Source: Eledone cirrhosa
Lineage: Eukaryota
Reading direction: 5' to 3'
Assembly (NCBI GenBank): GCA_964016885.1
Contig: OZ024752.1
Span: 16,306,001-16,370,000 of the forward strand
Length of the DNA: 64,000 nt
Below the pieces are notes generated by a model. That model saw only the letters and a program-made list of their open reading frames with translations, was not told the DNA's origin and searched no databases. Positions 28,141 through 41,599 of the stretch are shown piece by piece (positions within the stretch are counted from its first letter, which is position 1; the number at the start of each line of letters is the position of its first letter). The position numbers and the translations under genes are program-made.

Positions 28141-31100
28141 TTGTGTACCTAACTTGAGCTTGTGGAAGGGGACTGGAGAGGTTGTTGAGTGGTTTAAAGA
28201 AATTAAATATAACAATAATAATAAGTTTATTCAACTAGATATCACTAACTATTATTCATCTATTACCCCTAATCTACTAAATAAGGCACTAAATTACGCA
28301 TTCAAACATACAGACTTAACTAGCAATGAAATGCACATTATATTATCGGCTAGGAAAACATTGATAGAATTTAATGACCAACTATGGACCAGAGCAGATA
28401 GAGATAACAATTTCGACATTACTATGGGATCATCCGACTCAGCTCAGGTAACTGACCTTGTGGGCCTATTTTTAATCAATTCGCTGCATAGGAAAATACC
28501 CGGTGCTACCGGAGGTTTATATAGAGATGACATGCTTTTACTTATTGAAAATAATAACTCTGAACTAAATAGAAAAAGAAAACAAATTACACAATTTTTT
28601 AATTACTTTAATCTAAAAATAGAAATTGAGAATAACCATAGAATAGTCAATTTCCTAGATGTAACATTAAATCTCAACACATGTCTTCACTATCCATTTC
28701 ACAAGTTGAATGAAAACTTAAACTATGTCAGCTTTAACTCTAACCACCCCAGATCTGTTAAAAATACTATAGTAAACTCTGTTCAATCACGTATCTCTAG
28801 AATCTCATCTAATAAAAAGATTTTCGACGAAAAAGCCCATTATTACAATGAAGCGTTAGCTAGAGCAGGATATAGTGATAAAATTATGTACATAGATAAT
28901 AATAGACAAACTAACCAAAATAACAACAATTTTAATTACGGCAACAACTTTAACAACTATAATAGAAAGCATTACAATAATTCCAAAAGCCAAAAAAGAA
29001 ATAGAACTAGGAATATAATATGGTTTGCCCCCCTTTCTCACTAAACATTAAAACCCACATCGCTAAACTATTTTTTAATGCTCTTGATAATCGCTTCCCT
29101 AGAACACATAGGTATCACTCAATTTTCAATAGACATACTATAAAATTAACCTACTCATCCACCAAAAATTTAGCACAAAATATTAATAGAATAAATAATA
29201 GGAATTTAAAATCTAGCCAAAATACCGATAATAGCATAAATAATATCCAAGTTAACAAATGTAACTGTAGAGATAGATCTAAATGTCCGTTAAATAACAA
29301 TTGCTTAGTTAAAAATATAATATACAACTGTAATGTTAAAACGGACTTAAATTCTTTTAACTATGTTGGTTCCACCTCAACAGAATTTAAACTTCGCTAT
29401 AATAACCACAAGAATTCTTTCACAGATCCAAGCAAAAAATCCTCAACATCACTATCAGGCCTACTCTGGCAACTTAGGCATGATAACGTTGGATATTCAA
29501 CGGCTTGGAATATAGTCTCAAGAGGGATTCCTTTTAATTCATCCTCTGAGACATGTGACCTCTGCGCGGAGGAGATATTCTTTATACTAAAATCTAAAAA
29601 TTCCCTTAATTTACGGACAAATTTATTCAGTTGCTGCAGACATAGATTGAACTCAACTTTTAAATATAAATATAAATTTAAAATGTAGTATATTTAATTT
29701 GATTTATAATTATTTATGAAACTCGCCGATAAATCTTTCGATTCCTTTTTATTTTAAACATTCTTCATGAATAATTAAACTACCCTAAAAGCTGATGCTC
29801 CAAATATATCGAATAAATTTTACACTAGATAAACTTCTATATTAAATATAAGACCATCTGTAGGTCAAATGGGTATCCTAAACTTTTGGAATGTTTTCTG
29901 CTAGACAGGATTTGGTAAATAATTTTTGGTTTTGTTTGCTTGTGATTCTGATGCTTATAACGAACTTGGCAATATATTGTCAATTAACTTTGAAGGGTTG
30001 ATCTCTGTGGTTGATTTGCGGGGCATACTATGTTTTATTTTTATTTTAATATTTTTAATATTTTTAATATTTTTATTTTTAATATTTTTTTGTATTTTTT
30101 GTATTTTTTTGATTTTTTTTGTTTTTTATTTACTTTTTGTTTCTGATATTTTTATTTTTATTGATATATTGATATCTGTTCTCTATTTATGCTTGAACGA
30201 TAATCATGTAGAGTAAAGACATGAATAGTATTGTTAAAATTAATGTAGACTCTATATATATTTGTGTGTATGTACATATATATGTATACTAGAATTTTTA
30301 TAGCACAATGAGAATGTTTTCGTGTGAAATAGGAATTTGCAGAGCTGATCACGTAAATTCACATGGATGTATATAGTATAAAATCTGGGATACCCTTCTA
30401 TTTTTCTCAACTCTAATATAAACCTATGAATTTTAAACTAGACATATGATCATTATTTTTCACACATTATTGATACGTGTCTCATTCATGAATACTGATA
30501 TTTACATTATAATGCCTGTTTTATACGAATTGGTATTTTTTACATTGATGAAACATAGTGTTTTAAATCTGCCTCTTTTTTGTCTGGATATTTTTCTTTT
30601 CTTTTCTCTCTATGTAACGGCTGTTTTCTCTCTTAACCACATATATCTCTCTCTACATTAATACTAGAGCTAAATAAATAAATAAATAAATAAATAAATA
30701 TATCATTGATACGTCATTCAACTGGTGCACAACTACCTATTTTCTTTCTCTCTATCTCTATCTATATCTATCTCTCTATATTTTCTCTCTCTCTCTCTCT
30801 CCTCTCTTCTCTCTCTCTCTCTCTATCTATCTCCCTCTGTGTTTTTTCCTCTCTCTATATATCTCTCTCTGTTTCTTTACATGAATTTCTTCTCTCTATA
30901 TATCTCTCTATATCTATCTCTCTCTATTTAGTTGCATGCATTTCTTCTTTTTCTTCGTTTTTCTTTCTTTCTTTTTTTATAACTGTCCCTAATATTTTTT
31001 CCACTACCAAATCAACTTTTCAAATAGAAGTCGAAGTTGAAAGGTATGTCGAATCTATCTATTTATAAGACTGTTTATATTGTATTTTGTCTGAAGAAGG

Positions 31101-31278
31101 CATAACATATTTTTAATATGATATCCCTGAAATATATATAATGAAATAAATATGGTTTTATAAAGATAGTTTCCATTTATTTAATATCGTAAATATACTC
31201 CAAATACTTGTTGAGTGCTTTTATATCAGTTATAAATATTTACTCGTTGTTAACCCAACAATTTAAATAAAACTTTGC
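28141..31278 (+). mobile_element. 5'-truncated Penelope-like element (probably Hydra clade) between (TA)n tracts
   Basis: RT: [45 protein letters not shown] (frameshift in C-run ~29030). Linker CNCRDRSKC. GIY-YIG NIIY..YVGST..FKLRYNNH. Terminal CDLC; stop 29688; 1.6-kb 3' region with HHR. Confidence 0.93.
31083..31148 (+). ncRNA. Type I hammerhead ribozyme in PLE pLTR
   Basis: TATTTTGT-CTGAAGA-AGG..CATAT..ATATG..CCT-GAAA-TATATA-TA-ATGAAATA. Confidence 0.85.
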
Positions 31279-31292
31279 ATATATAAATATAT

Positions 31293-31385
<93 letters not shown>

Positions 31386-31406
31386 TATATATATAATTAT
31401 AAATAT

Positions 31407-31504
<98 letters not shown>

Positions 31505-31505
31505 A

Positions 31506-31570
31506 TGATATTAATAAATGGAAACTATATTTATAAAATCATATTTATTTTATTATATATATTTTAAGGG
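31506..31570 (-). mobile_element. Short inverted pLTR fragment of the same PLE family
   Basis: Reverse complement of ~31126-31190. Confidence 0.7.
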
Positions 31571-31605
31571 TACCAAAAAAACTTTGGTACGCTCTCTCTC
31601 TCTCT

Positions 31606-31695
<90 letters not shown>

Positions 31696-31737
31696 TTCTA
31701 TGCAAGAGAAGAAGCAGAGTGGGCCGGGTTTTTACTT

Positions 31738-31773
<36 letters not shown>

Positions 31774-31778
31774 TTATA

Positions 31779-32189
31779 CACAGTTCAAGAGTAACCAATC
31801 TTAAAGAGAGAGATGGAGATAATGGAGAGGAGATAGGAGAGGAGAGATTGGTGAATTAGTTAGAAGCCAAAGCGTAAAGGCATGTGCTCAATGTGCAATA
31901 TGCAGTAGAAAGCAGCTTGGTGGCTGGGTTCATGCAGAGGTTATGTGCACAGAGCTGGAAATATTCATTAGTTAAGCAAAACAAGGCCACAAATTTCATA
32001 AGGAAGACATTATTAAAAGATTGTCAGCATATTTTAGTTTGATGTAAGGAATTGTAAACGGACATTATTATTATTAATATTATTATTATTATTCTCTACA
32101 TTCCTTACATCAAACTAAAATATGCTGACAATCTTTTAATAATGTCTTTCTTATGAAATTTGTGGTCTTGTTTTGCTTAACTAATGAAT

Positions 32190-32190
<1 letters not shown>
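31779..32190. repeat. Asymmetric inverted-repeat element between (TA)n tracts
   Basis: Arms ~31961-32055 and ~32097-32190 are near-perfect reverse complements. Confidence 0.85.
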
Positions 32191-32643
<453 letters not shown>

Positions 32644-32689
32644 TTTTGCACTAATATGCTTACATATACATATTATGTACATGGGAAGG

Positions 32690-32990
32690 ACATCCATCGT
32701 TTGCGATGACGATTGTTCAAGTTGTCTAATCAACTAAACAGGCTGCACATAGACATGTATATATAATTCTCAGGGAGATTCACCATGACAGTGTCTAACA
32801 AGGCTGTGTTGTTTGAATTACAGATAGAGCTCACCGAGGTGATTCCACTTAATCTCTGTCAACCTAGTTTCATTCACAAAGCATGGGTCCACCGAAGCTA
32901 TGGTAAATGATACTTTCCCAAGAAGCCTCGCAGTAAGAGTTAACCCTACACCTAATGATTGCGAACTTAACTCTTTAACTATTTGGTCAT
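32690..32990 (-). mobile_element. tRNA-derived SINE family B (diverged)
   Basis: Reverse-complement similarity to 34873-35165 (ATCATTTACCATA, tRNA-like head). Confidence 0.5.
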
Positions 32991-33311
32991 TCTATGTCAA
33001 TAAACTCTTGTATTCGTGTCCATTCCGCCATTTTCTCTTCAAGACGTCTCATAACCGTTTAACGCCAACAAACAAACGGTTTTCTTTTTTTGTGTTTGAG
33101 ATTTTTTGTTTTGTTTTGTTTTTTCCGTTTACACTTCTCCCATTTTTTCTTATTCTTCTTAATCTTGGCGTAAAAAGAAGAATATATTTTTGATACACGT
33201 AAATATCAATGATATTGGACGGTGATAGAAGAAAAACAAACATGATTTATTAATCCGATGCACAGTCTCATACACACACGTACATACATACATGTCTGTG
33301 TGTTCTTATAT

Positions 33312-33353
<42 letters not shown>

Positions 33354-33414
33354 ATTCTATTGGTATCTCTGCTATATTGCGGCCGCAACTTCAATTTATA
33401 CTTAATCAGAAACA

Positions 33415-33480
<66 letters not shown>

Positions 33481-34084
33481 TGACTAGTTGTAGTAAGAAA
33501 CATTGTGAAAATTTGAAATGCAGCCGTCCTCACATAAATGGCTCTAAAAATAGTAGATCACTATAAATAATAGTTGAGAACATCGGATAAAGTAACCCTG
33601 GTGGTGGAGAAAAGTGAACAGAACTGCCTGCACGATGTTTTCAAATATTATTTATAACAATCAGCAATTGTTATAATCATTTTCGTTGAGACAACTTCAA
33701 TTCAAATATGTGTGTGAATGAGTGTTATTGTGTGTGAGTGTGTGTGGGTGTGTGTGAGTGTGTGTGGGTGTGTGTGAGTATGTGTGTTGAAAGCCTGGAC
33801 GAGTTATCATAGGTATGACATAAATAAGTTTACATATAAGGTGTGTGAGTGTGTGTGAGCATGTGTAAGCATGTGTGAGCATGTGTGAGTATGTGTGAGT
33901 GCCTATGTTAGAGGGTGTGCGGTGCTTATATTTGATATAAAATAGATTTAAAGCGAAACCTATAAAGTGCCGTAGCTCATAAATAGCTGAAGGTACTAAA
34001 TAATGATTTATAACCAATTAGGCTTCTAACTAGAATGACAACAACATCCGAACGAAATGGTAAAACTTCCAAGGCTAAATAATG

Positions 34085-34790
34085 GTTTCTAATTTAGGAA
34101 CAAGGCCAACAAATTTGGTGGGAGAGGAAAGTCGATTAAATAGACCGTTGCTAGTACTTTATTTTATCGACCACGTAAGGATTAAAGGCAAAGCTAACCT
34201 CGGTGGCATTCGAACTTAGAACGTAAAGGATCATAACTGTGCCACAAAGCATGTTGTCCGACCATCTATTGATGCTGCCAATCCACTCAGCTTTTATAAA
34301 CGTATGGAGGAAAAATGGAATTATATTTGGAATAATATACAGACATATTGCAGGCAGGTTTCGTTTTTGTTTTGTTTTTTTTACATACATTAATCTTTTT
34401 TTATCATCATCTAAATAATTGTTTCTACTTCCGGCACAAGGCCAGCAATTACCCAGTGCATTACTGGTACTTTATTTTATCGACCCCGTAAGGATGAAAG
34501 GCAAAGTCAACCTCGGCGGGATTTGAACTCAGATCGTAAAGGGACGTAACTATACTGGAAAGCATAGCGTCCGACCCTCTACCGATACTACCAATCCACC
34601 TCATCTAAATAATTGTTTCTACTTTAGGCACAGGGCCAGCAAATTACCCAGTGCATTACTGGTACTTTATTTTATCGACCCCATAAGGATGAAAGGCAAA
34701 GTCAACCTCGGCGGGATTTGAACTCAGATCGTAAAGGGACGTAACTATGCTGGAAAGCATGGCGTCCGACCCTCTACCGATACTGCCAGT
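34085..34790 (-). mobile_element. Three SINE family A copies (34085-34290, 34415-34600, 34605-34790); the last two are a tandem duplication
   Basis: Shared core; TCATCTAAATAATTGTTTCTACTT precedes both tandem copies. Confidence 0.9.
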
Positions 34791-34872
34791 GTTTGTTATG
34801 AAGTAAAAATAGAAAACCATGATTTAGTGTTAGTGTTGTTGTTATGACAAACAGCAGATTTGTTTATTTTCG

Positions 34873-35165
34873 TGGATGCAGCATATGGTTAAGAAGTTTG
34901 TTTCGCAATTATTAGGTCACGGGTTCGATTCTACTACCTGGCATCTTCGGCAAGAATCATTTACCATAACAAGAGATCGATATATGCCGTGTGTGTGAAA
35001 CTGGTTTTAATGAAAACTGTTTGAAAGCCCATCAGATGGACTTTTAACACAACAACAATTTCGTTAACATATATCTGTAAAGTGCTCAGACACTTGCACG
35101 TTAATTTTATGAGTAGGATGTTCCTTGGATCTAACTATTGGAACACTCATCATCGAAACCGATGA
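34873..35165 (+). mobile_element. tRNA-derived SINE family B
   Basis: TGGTTAAG...GGGTTCGATTC A/B-box-like head. Confidence 0.55.
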
Positions 35166-35514
35166 AGGTCCATTCCATATGACAAAACAACGTAAATGTA
35201 TTCCGAGGATGAGTTTTATTTATTATATTTTATTGTTATTCTTCTAATTTATAACCTGATGCATCTGTCATGGTAATTTTTTCTAGAGCTTGATAGGCAT
35301 TACAACTACATTCGTACAGATGGAGCCACTGTTCTCAAGCTTTTAAAATGAAGATAAACATCCTTCATTTCCCATTATTCAATATCGATTGATTTATGCA
35401 TGCGTGATCTATGAAAACATTCTTAAATTGGTCATCTTCAAACATTTTCATTAATAAATAACTCCTAAGCTAGGTTGCACACACACACACACACATTATA
35501 TATATATATATAAT

Positions 35515-35701
35515 GAGCGGTGGATTGGCAGTATCGGTAGAGAGTCGGACGCCATGCTTTCCAGCATAGTTACGTCCCTTTACGATCTGAGTTCAAATCC
35601 CGCCGAGGTTGACTTTGCCTTTCATCCTTACGGGGTCGATAAAATAAAGTACCAGTAATGCACTGGGTAATTGCTGGCCTTGTGCCTAAAGTAGAAACAA
35701 T

Positions 35702-35767
<66 letters not shown>

Positions 35768-35980
35768 TATGTATGATATAAAATCTGCGACTTCGTTTGC
35801 ATCCAATGATGTAGACCAGTTCTACATTTTGGGTAAATGCATTCAATGTTCAGATTCAGTTTGAGTTCGAATCCCGACGATGTTAACTTTGCCTTTCATT
35901 CTTACGGAGTCGATAAAATAAAGTACCAGTAATACACTGTGATAATTGCTGACCTTGTGCCAAAAGTAGAAACAATTATT
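35515..35980 (+). mobile_element. Full SINE family A (35515-35703) and a partial copy (35860-35980)
   Basis: A/B boxes, core, and tail TGTGCCTAAAGTAGAAACAATTA. Confidence 0.9.
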
Positions 35981-36263
35981 TTTCACTATTGTCTCTTTAA
36001 AAACTTCACTTCTCCTTCCCTTGCCATCTAACCTCTTCTTTCTAACTTCTCCATAATTATATTGTTTTATGGCTGGGGATGAACAACACAACTATTATGC
36101 CCTCTCTATTGTAGCAGCTCACTTTTGTCTGTAGATATAATCGAATATATATTGGGATGTGTTAAGATGTGATTTAATAAATACTTATCAAATCTGAGAT
36201 GAACGCTATTGAGTACTTATATATATATATGAGAAAAAACAAAAACCTTCCAACTCAATTCTA

Positions 36264-36299
36264 CTTTTGAAAAGCACAAGAACTGCGAAACCGGTAAAG
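36264..36299 (+). ncRNA. Minimal hammerhead with U3-A8 core variant
   Basis: CTT-TTGAAAA-GCA caagaac TGC-GAAA-CCGG-TA-AAG. Confidence 0.7.
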
Positions 36300-36424
36300 G
36301 AACCAAATAAATATTTCTTTTTAAAAAGACCCCCAGTTGCATTTTCGATTTCATCTTTTTTCTTTATACTTTCACTCGTGTAGGATACCTCGTTTTTGTT
36401 TCCTTTTGTAAAAAAACCTCACTT

Positions 36425-36481
<57 letters not shown>

Positions 36482-36591
36482 TAAAAGGAAAAGAAAATGG
36501 TGACAAATTTTTCCCAGTGAAAAATAGTTGAATTAGGAATAAGTATAAATTAGTAATAAGTATTGGTTAGTATTCAGTTTTAGTTTTAAGT

Positions 36592-36627
36592 TTTTACCGG
36601 TTGCGCATTTCTAATGCTTTTCAAAAA
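36592..36627 (-). ncRNA. Related minimal hammerhead, U3-A8 core, GAAA changed to GCAA
   Basis: TTT-TTGAAAA-GCATT aga AATGC-GCAA-CCGG-TA-AAA. Confidence 0.55.
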
Positions 36628-36690
36628 TAATTTTGAGATAGAGCGCTGGTGATGTTTGCTCTAATCTGCATTAGAGCAAACATCACGAGC

Positions 36691-37468
36691 ATATATGTAT
36701 ACAGACATACAGTAGTATGTATATATATATACATACATGCACACATACATATATATGTACGGATGGATTTACCGAACATTTATTATAATGCTCGGTGTGT
36801 TTGTAAACGAACATCCAGAATTAAGCCGTACAGTGTTTAGCAACCATCGTTGCTCTTTTGTTCAACACTGACAAAGGAACGATGTACTAGTTTCAAGCTT
36901 ATTAACTATCGTCAGCACCGTATACCTTCCTGCCAGATGATTGAACGTCTGAAAGTACATACTTTCCTGATGCATATTAACGGCTGAGCAGCCTAATTTG
37001 CATATCGAGTGAGTATGTACGTATACATACTTATATTTAAGTAACAGCCGTACTAAGAGTGAGAAATGAATTTCGTTTCATTTTTTCCGTTTATCGTTTT
37101 CGGTGCGCCGGGCTGATTAACTCATTCGATATGCAAATTAGGCTGCTCAGCCGTTAATATACATAAAGAAAGTATATACTTTCAGACGTTTAATCATCTG
37201 GCAAGAAGGTGTACGGTGCTGACGATATCTAATAAGCTTGAAACTAGTACATCGTTCCTTTGTCAGTGTTGAACAAAAGAGCAACGATGGTTGCTAAACA
37301 CTGTACGGCTTAATTCGGGATGTTTGTTTACAAACACACCGAGCATTATAATAAATGTTCGGTAAATCCATACATACATATATATATGTGTGCATGTATG
37401 TATATATATACACATACTACTGTACGTCTGTATACATATATGTATGTACGTACACATACTTATATTTA
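36691..37468. mobile_element. Hammerhead retrozyme-like element, locus 1: inverted partial monomer (36691-37013, minus) plus a full monomer with terminal redundancy (37014-37468, plus)
   Basis: HHRs at 36880-36920 (-) and 37214-37254 (+). 26-nt repeat at 37014 and 37443 (period 429). Homologous to 42207-43441. Confidence 0.85.
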
Positions 37469-37478
37469 TATATATATA

Positions 37479-37742
37479 GTAATAATAATAGATTTGAAGG
37501 CTAAAATCCAAAGAGGGCTCGATAAGGATAAATATATATGAAATATATAAGAACCGTAGAGAAAATATTTATTAAAATAACAAATTAAAGTTTAGGCAAA
37601 GAATCGCTGCTTTCACCATTAACGGGATCTTCTGAAACTAAAAAAGTCAATCTGTGAACGCAGATTGACTTTTATAGTTTCAGAAGATCCCGTTAAGGGT
37701 AAAAGCAGTGATTATTTGCTTAAACTTTAATCTGTTATTTTA

Positions 37743-37750
<8 letters not shown>
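37479..37750. mobile_element. Short foldback PLE-pLTR-like element with CAGAAGA-core hammerhead, copy 1
   Basis: Hairpin ~37565-37750; homologous in opposite orientation to 44222-44460; (TA)n on both sides. Confidence 0.8.
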
Positions 37751-37805
<55 letters not shown>

Positions 37806-37813
37806 GAGAGAGA

Positions 37814-37889
<76 letters not shown>

Positions 37890-38214
37890 CGCATAGGTAA
37901 ACAGAGAGAAAGAAAAGAAAGGAACAAACGGAAGCAAAGACAAAAGAGAGAGAGAGAGAAATTTCTCTCCTTCAAGAGTTATACAATATTTTGCGCTATT
38001 TTTGAAAATGACATATATTAAAGAAGAGAAAATATTTATCAGATGAAATGGCTTTGATTTTTGTTTTTTATGCGCTGAATGATCATCTTCCATCGTACTA
38101 TTGAATACAGTAACTTTTAGTTTCTCTGCTGCTAGCCATGTGCATATAAATAATAATGCTGAAGCTAGCTAGCTAGCACTACAAACACTAATCAAACTAT
38201 CTATACCTGCAAAT

Positions 38215-38760
38215 TCAAACTCTTCTCCTTCGTCTACCTATTCTTGGGATGGTCATTGAAGCTGAGTCCTCAAACACGTCTTCCAGTGAGTCTTGCCAGA
38301 AGCAACCGTCCCCAGCCGTGACCAGTCAAGCTCATGGATGTTATCCAACCATCTTGCTCGGCGTCTATCCCTGGGTCTTCTGCCCGTTTGTTTTGCACGT
38401 AAAATCTGTCCAGCGATTCCTTCCCGAGACATTCTAACCACTTGCCGATAATATCAGAGCTGTGACCTCTCAATTCGAAGTAGCGGCTCTACCTGGAGTG
38501 ACTCTCTGGTCTCCGAGCTATGCACTATATCGAGTAAAGTTACTCCAAAAACCCTTCGGAGGAGCCCCATTTCGGCTGATTGTGTTCGTGATTGTATTCT
38601 TTCGATCATTACACAAGATTCATGACCATAGGTACAGGTTGGCTCGAATACTGAATTGAAGAGAACCAGTTTGATCAAATTCAAACTCAACTTCCAAATT
38701 ATCTCCACTTGATGCTGTTGTGCAATATTCACTAAATAGTTAAGAAGTCATCATCCATGT
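38215..38760 (-). mobile_element. RTE/Expander-like LINE 3' fragment
   Basis: PTCTYGHES..SAEMGLLRRVFGVTLLD..IERSQL and GRRPRDRRRARWLDNI. Confidence 0.85.
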
Positions 38761-38920
38761 GCCACTGTCATCTTTTGAGGCACTTTTGAAGTGCAGGAAG
38801 ATGTGATGCATAACGATTCATTATTTGGTGGCACAGTGATTATTCTTCAGAGATAATTTTCACCAAATTATACCAGTAAAATTAACAGCCCAATGGTTGT
38901 CTATTATTAGTGCATTGAAT

Positions 38921-39930
38921 TGGGCGGTGAATTGGCAGTATCGGTAGAGGGTGGGACATGCTTTCCAGCATAGAGTTACGTCCCTTTACGATCTGAGTTC
39001 AAATCCGCCGAGGTTAACTTTGCCTTTCATCCATACGGGGGTCGATAAAATAAAGTACCAGTAATGTACTGGGTAATTGCTGGCCGTGTGCCAAAAGTAG
39101 AAACAATTATTAGTGCAGTCCAGGGCAGTGGATTAGCAATATCGGTAGAGCGTCGGACATCGTGTTTTGCAGCATAGACTTATGGTCCTTTACGTTCTGA
39201 GTTCAAATCCCACCGAGGTTAGCTTTGCCTTTCATCCTTATGGGGTCGACAAAATAAAGAACCAGCAATGGGCTAGGATCGATATAATCGACTTTCCCTT
39301 GCCCAAAATGGCTGTCCTTGTGCCTATATTAGAAATCATTATTAGCGCAGGCTTATGGCGGTACGTTAACAGAATTGCTAGCGTTTCAGACAAAATGCTT
39401 TGCACCACTTCATCCAACTGGGTCCAATTTCAGCCGAGGTTAACTTTGACTTTCATCCATCTTAGGTCGATGATATATAGTCCCAGTCAAGTACTAGTTC
39501 GATATAATTGACTTTTACGTTCCTGAAGACGTGTGGCTGGGTGGTTAGAGAACTGGATTCGCAATTGTGAGGTTGTCAGTTCGATTCCTGGACCGGCCGA
39601 TGCGTTATGCAAGACACTTTGTTCACGTTGCTCCTTCTACCTGGAGTTGTTACCGATAAATAGTATTAGCAATTGGAAAGACCAACGGAAACAGTGTTTC
39701 CTCGGTCCGATTTGACGAAATCGATCGACAATATTATTTACCTCCCTGCAAAATTGCAGGCCTTGCACCTCAATTAGCAATGTTATTTGTACATACGACC
39801 CTTCCCGGTCTGAGTTCAAATCCCGCCGAGGTTAACTTTGCCTTTCATCCTTACGGGGTCGATAAAAATAAAGTACCAGTAATGCACTGGGATAATTGCT
39901 GACCTTCTGCCAAAAGTAGAAACAGTTATT
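38921..39930 (+). mobile_element. Cluster of about five same-orientation SINEs
   Basis: Family A copies at 38921, 39123, ~39355 and 39808; a distinct tRNA-head SINE at ~39530. Confidence 0.85.
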
Positions 39931-41124
39931 TGTACATACTTGAAAAACAAATTGCATTTCGAATTCTTGCAAAAATTATCGTTTCAATAATAATAATAAT
40001 AATATGAAAGGTCTGACTAATCTCTATAGTAACGACATCATGTCATACTTGACTCAGCCACCATGTTTATTGGTTTCTACAACATATTAAAAGCAGAAGT
40101 GCTAATGCTGTTAAAACCCTACACGTTGAAACTGCTGAAATTCATTACCATTTCGTGCCAAAGCAAAGAATATTTAATTTAATAGGAAATTTTAGAAAAT
40201 AATTTTTTACAATGTGCAAAGGCAATTACCAAGTTTTCTTTTAACTAGATGATGAGGAGGATGGTGGTGATGATGATGTGGAGGAGGAATTAATCAGTGA
40301 AACCATGAAATCACTGCCAGGAAAGTCTGTAAAAGACCTCCGTCGCTTTTGACGCTGAGTGTTTCATTGAACAGAACAACCTGATCATGAATTTAAGGGA
40401 ATAAGTAACTGAGCTGATGATGATGGTGGCTGTGGATGTGGTAGTGGTGGTAATTGTGGTAATAGGGGTGGTGATGCGAGTGTAGCTGTTTGTGATGTGT
40501 GTCGTCTGTGAGATCTATTATATTGGGGACGGCCTTTGTGACGTTTTGGTTTGTTTTGATAAGTAGTTCCATCCTAGATTCGGATCAGTTTTCTATTTTG
40601 TGTTGATTTGGTACACCTCTAAAATCGTCGTTTTTTCCTCAATGTCTGCAAGGGCAGCTTTGTATAGTTAAGGAGCCGCACCAGAGTCACCTTGACCTTC
40701 ACCAATCTCTGGTTGAAGTGCAACGGCCCGAATTCAACACTTCTAAGGGGAGCCTGGGAGTGAGAGTTTGCTTCCTGGGGGTAGTAAATAAAACATTCAC
40801 CGACCCAAATAGCTTGCCTCGAGTAATATATATTTTGCGTGCCTACAAGCCACCTAAGGCTAGATTTGGGCCTCGGATGCTCACACCAACCATCACGTCG
40901 GAAGATGGTTGATCATCACGTCAGCGTTGATATATTTTTAAAAATGAAAAGGAAAGAAAAAAATTAAATAGCGAAATAAGGGGCATGTGTGAGCAGCAAT
41001 CTCTACATCCCAATCATAACATATTCGGCGTAGGAATATATAAAGATGGTTACCCAATGCCATCCTTCGAGTATCATTTATGCGGCAGGAGGCCGGGATT
41101 GACAGCGTTAGAGCTTCGGACACC

Positions 41125-41232
41125 TTCCAGGGTCGATAAAATAAAGTACCAATAACGCACGAGGGTCGATTTAATCGACTTTCCTCTTTCAAAACAATTT
41201 GTTGGCCTTTATGCCTAAATCAGAAACCATTA
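41125..41232 (+). mobile_element. SINE family A 3' half
   Basis: GGGTCGATAAAATAAAGTACC...TGCCTAAATCAGAAACCATTA. Confidence 0.7.
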
Positions 41233-41599
41233 TTTACGCAGCTGAGACATACCACCTACCCACAAGTGTAGAGTTCCCTCCCTTCCTCTTGCCCTTTTCT
41301 CATTCCTTAATTTTTAGCTCCATCCCCTTTTTTTCTGTTTTTCTTTATTAATTTAATCCCTTTTTTCCTTAGTAATTCCATTATTTTACACTCCTGTCAC
41401 ACAAAGACATCGTCTTGTCGGCGAGATACAAACAAGGTGGTTCAGTGTTACTCATATTCCTGAAGGTTTATTGAAGTGAATATTATTGAAACATATGTAG
41501 AATTACACAGAAGGGAGAGGAGGGATGGAGAAATAGATTTCTAAATGAACTGACATCAAAGAAAAACCTGGGAAGACACTAATTTCACTTGGATACTCA

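Noticed and set aside
33660-33710. Possible hammerhead on minus strand (GTTG-tct-CAAC-GAAA)
   Set aside because: The core and stem I cannot be built convincingly.
35515-35610. tRNA genes
   Set aside because: A/B boxes belong to SINE heads; no full cloverleaf.
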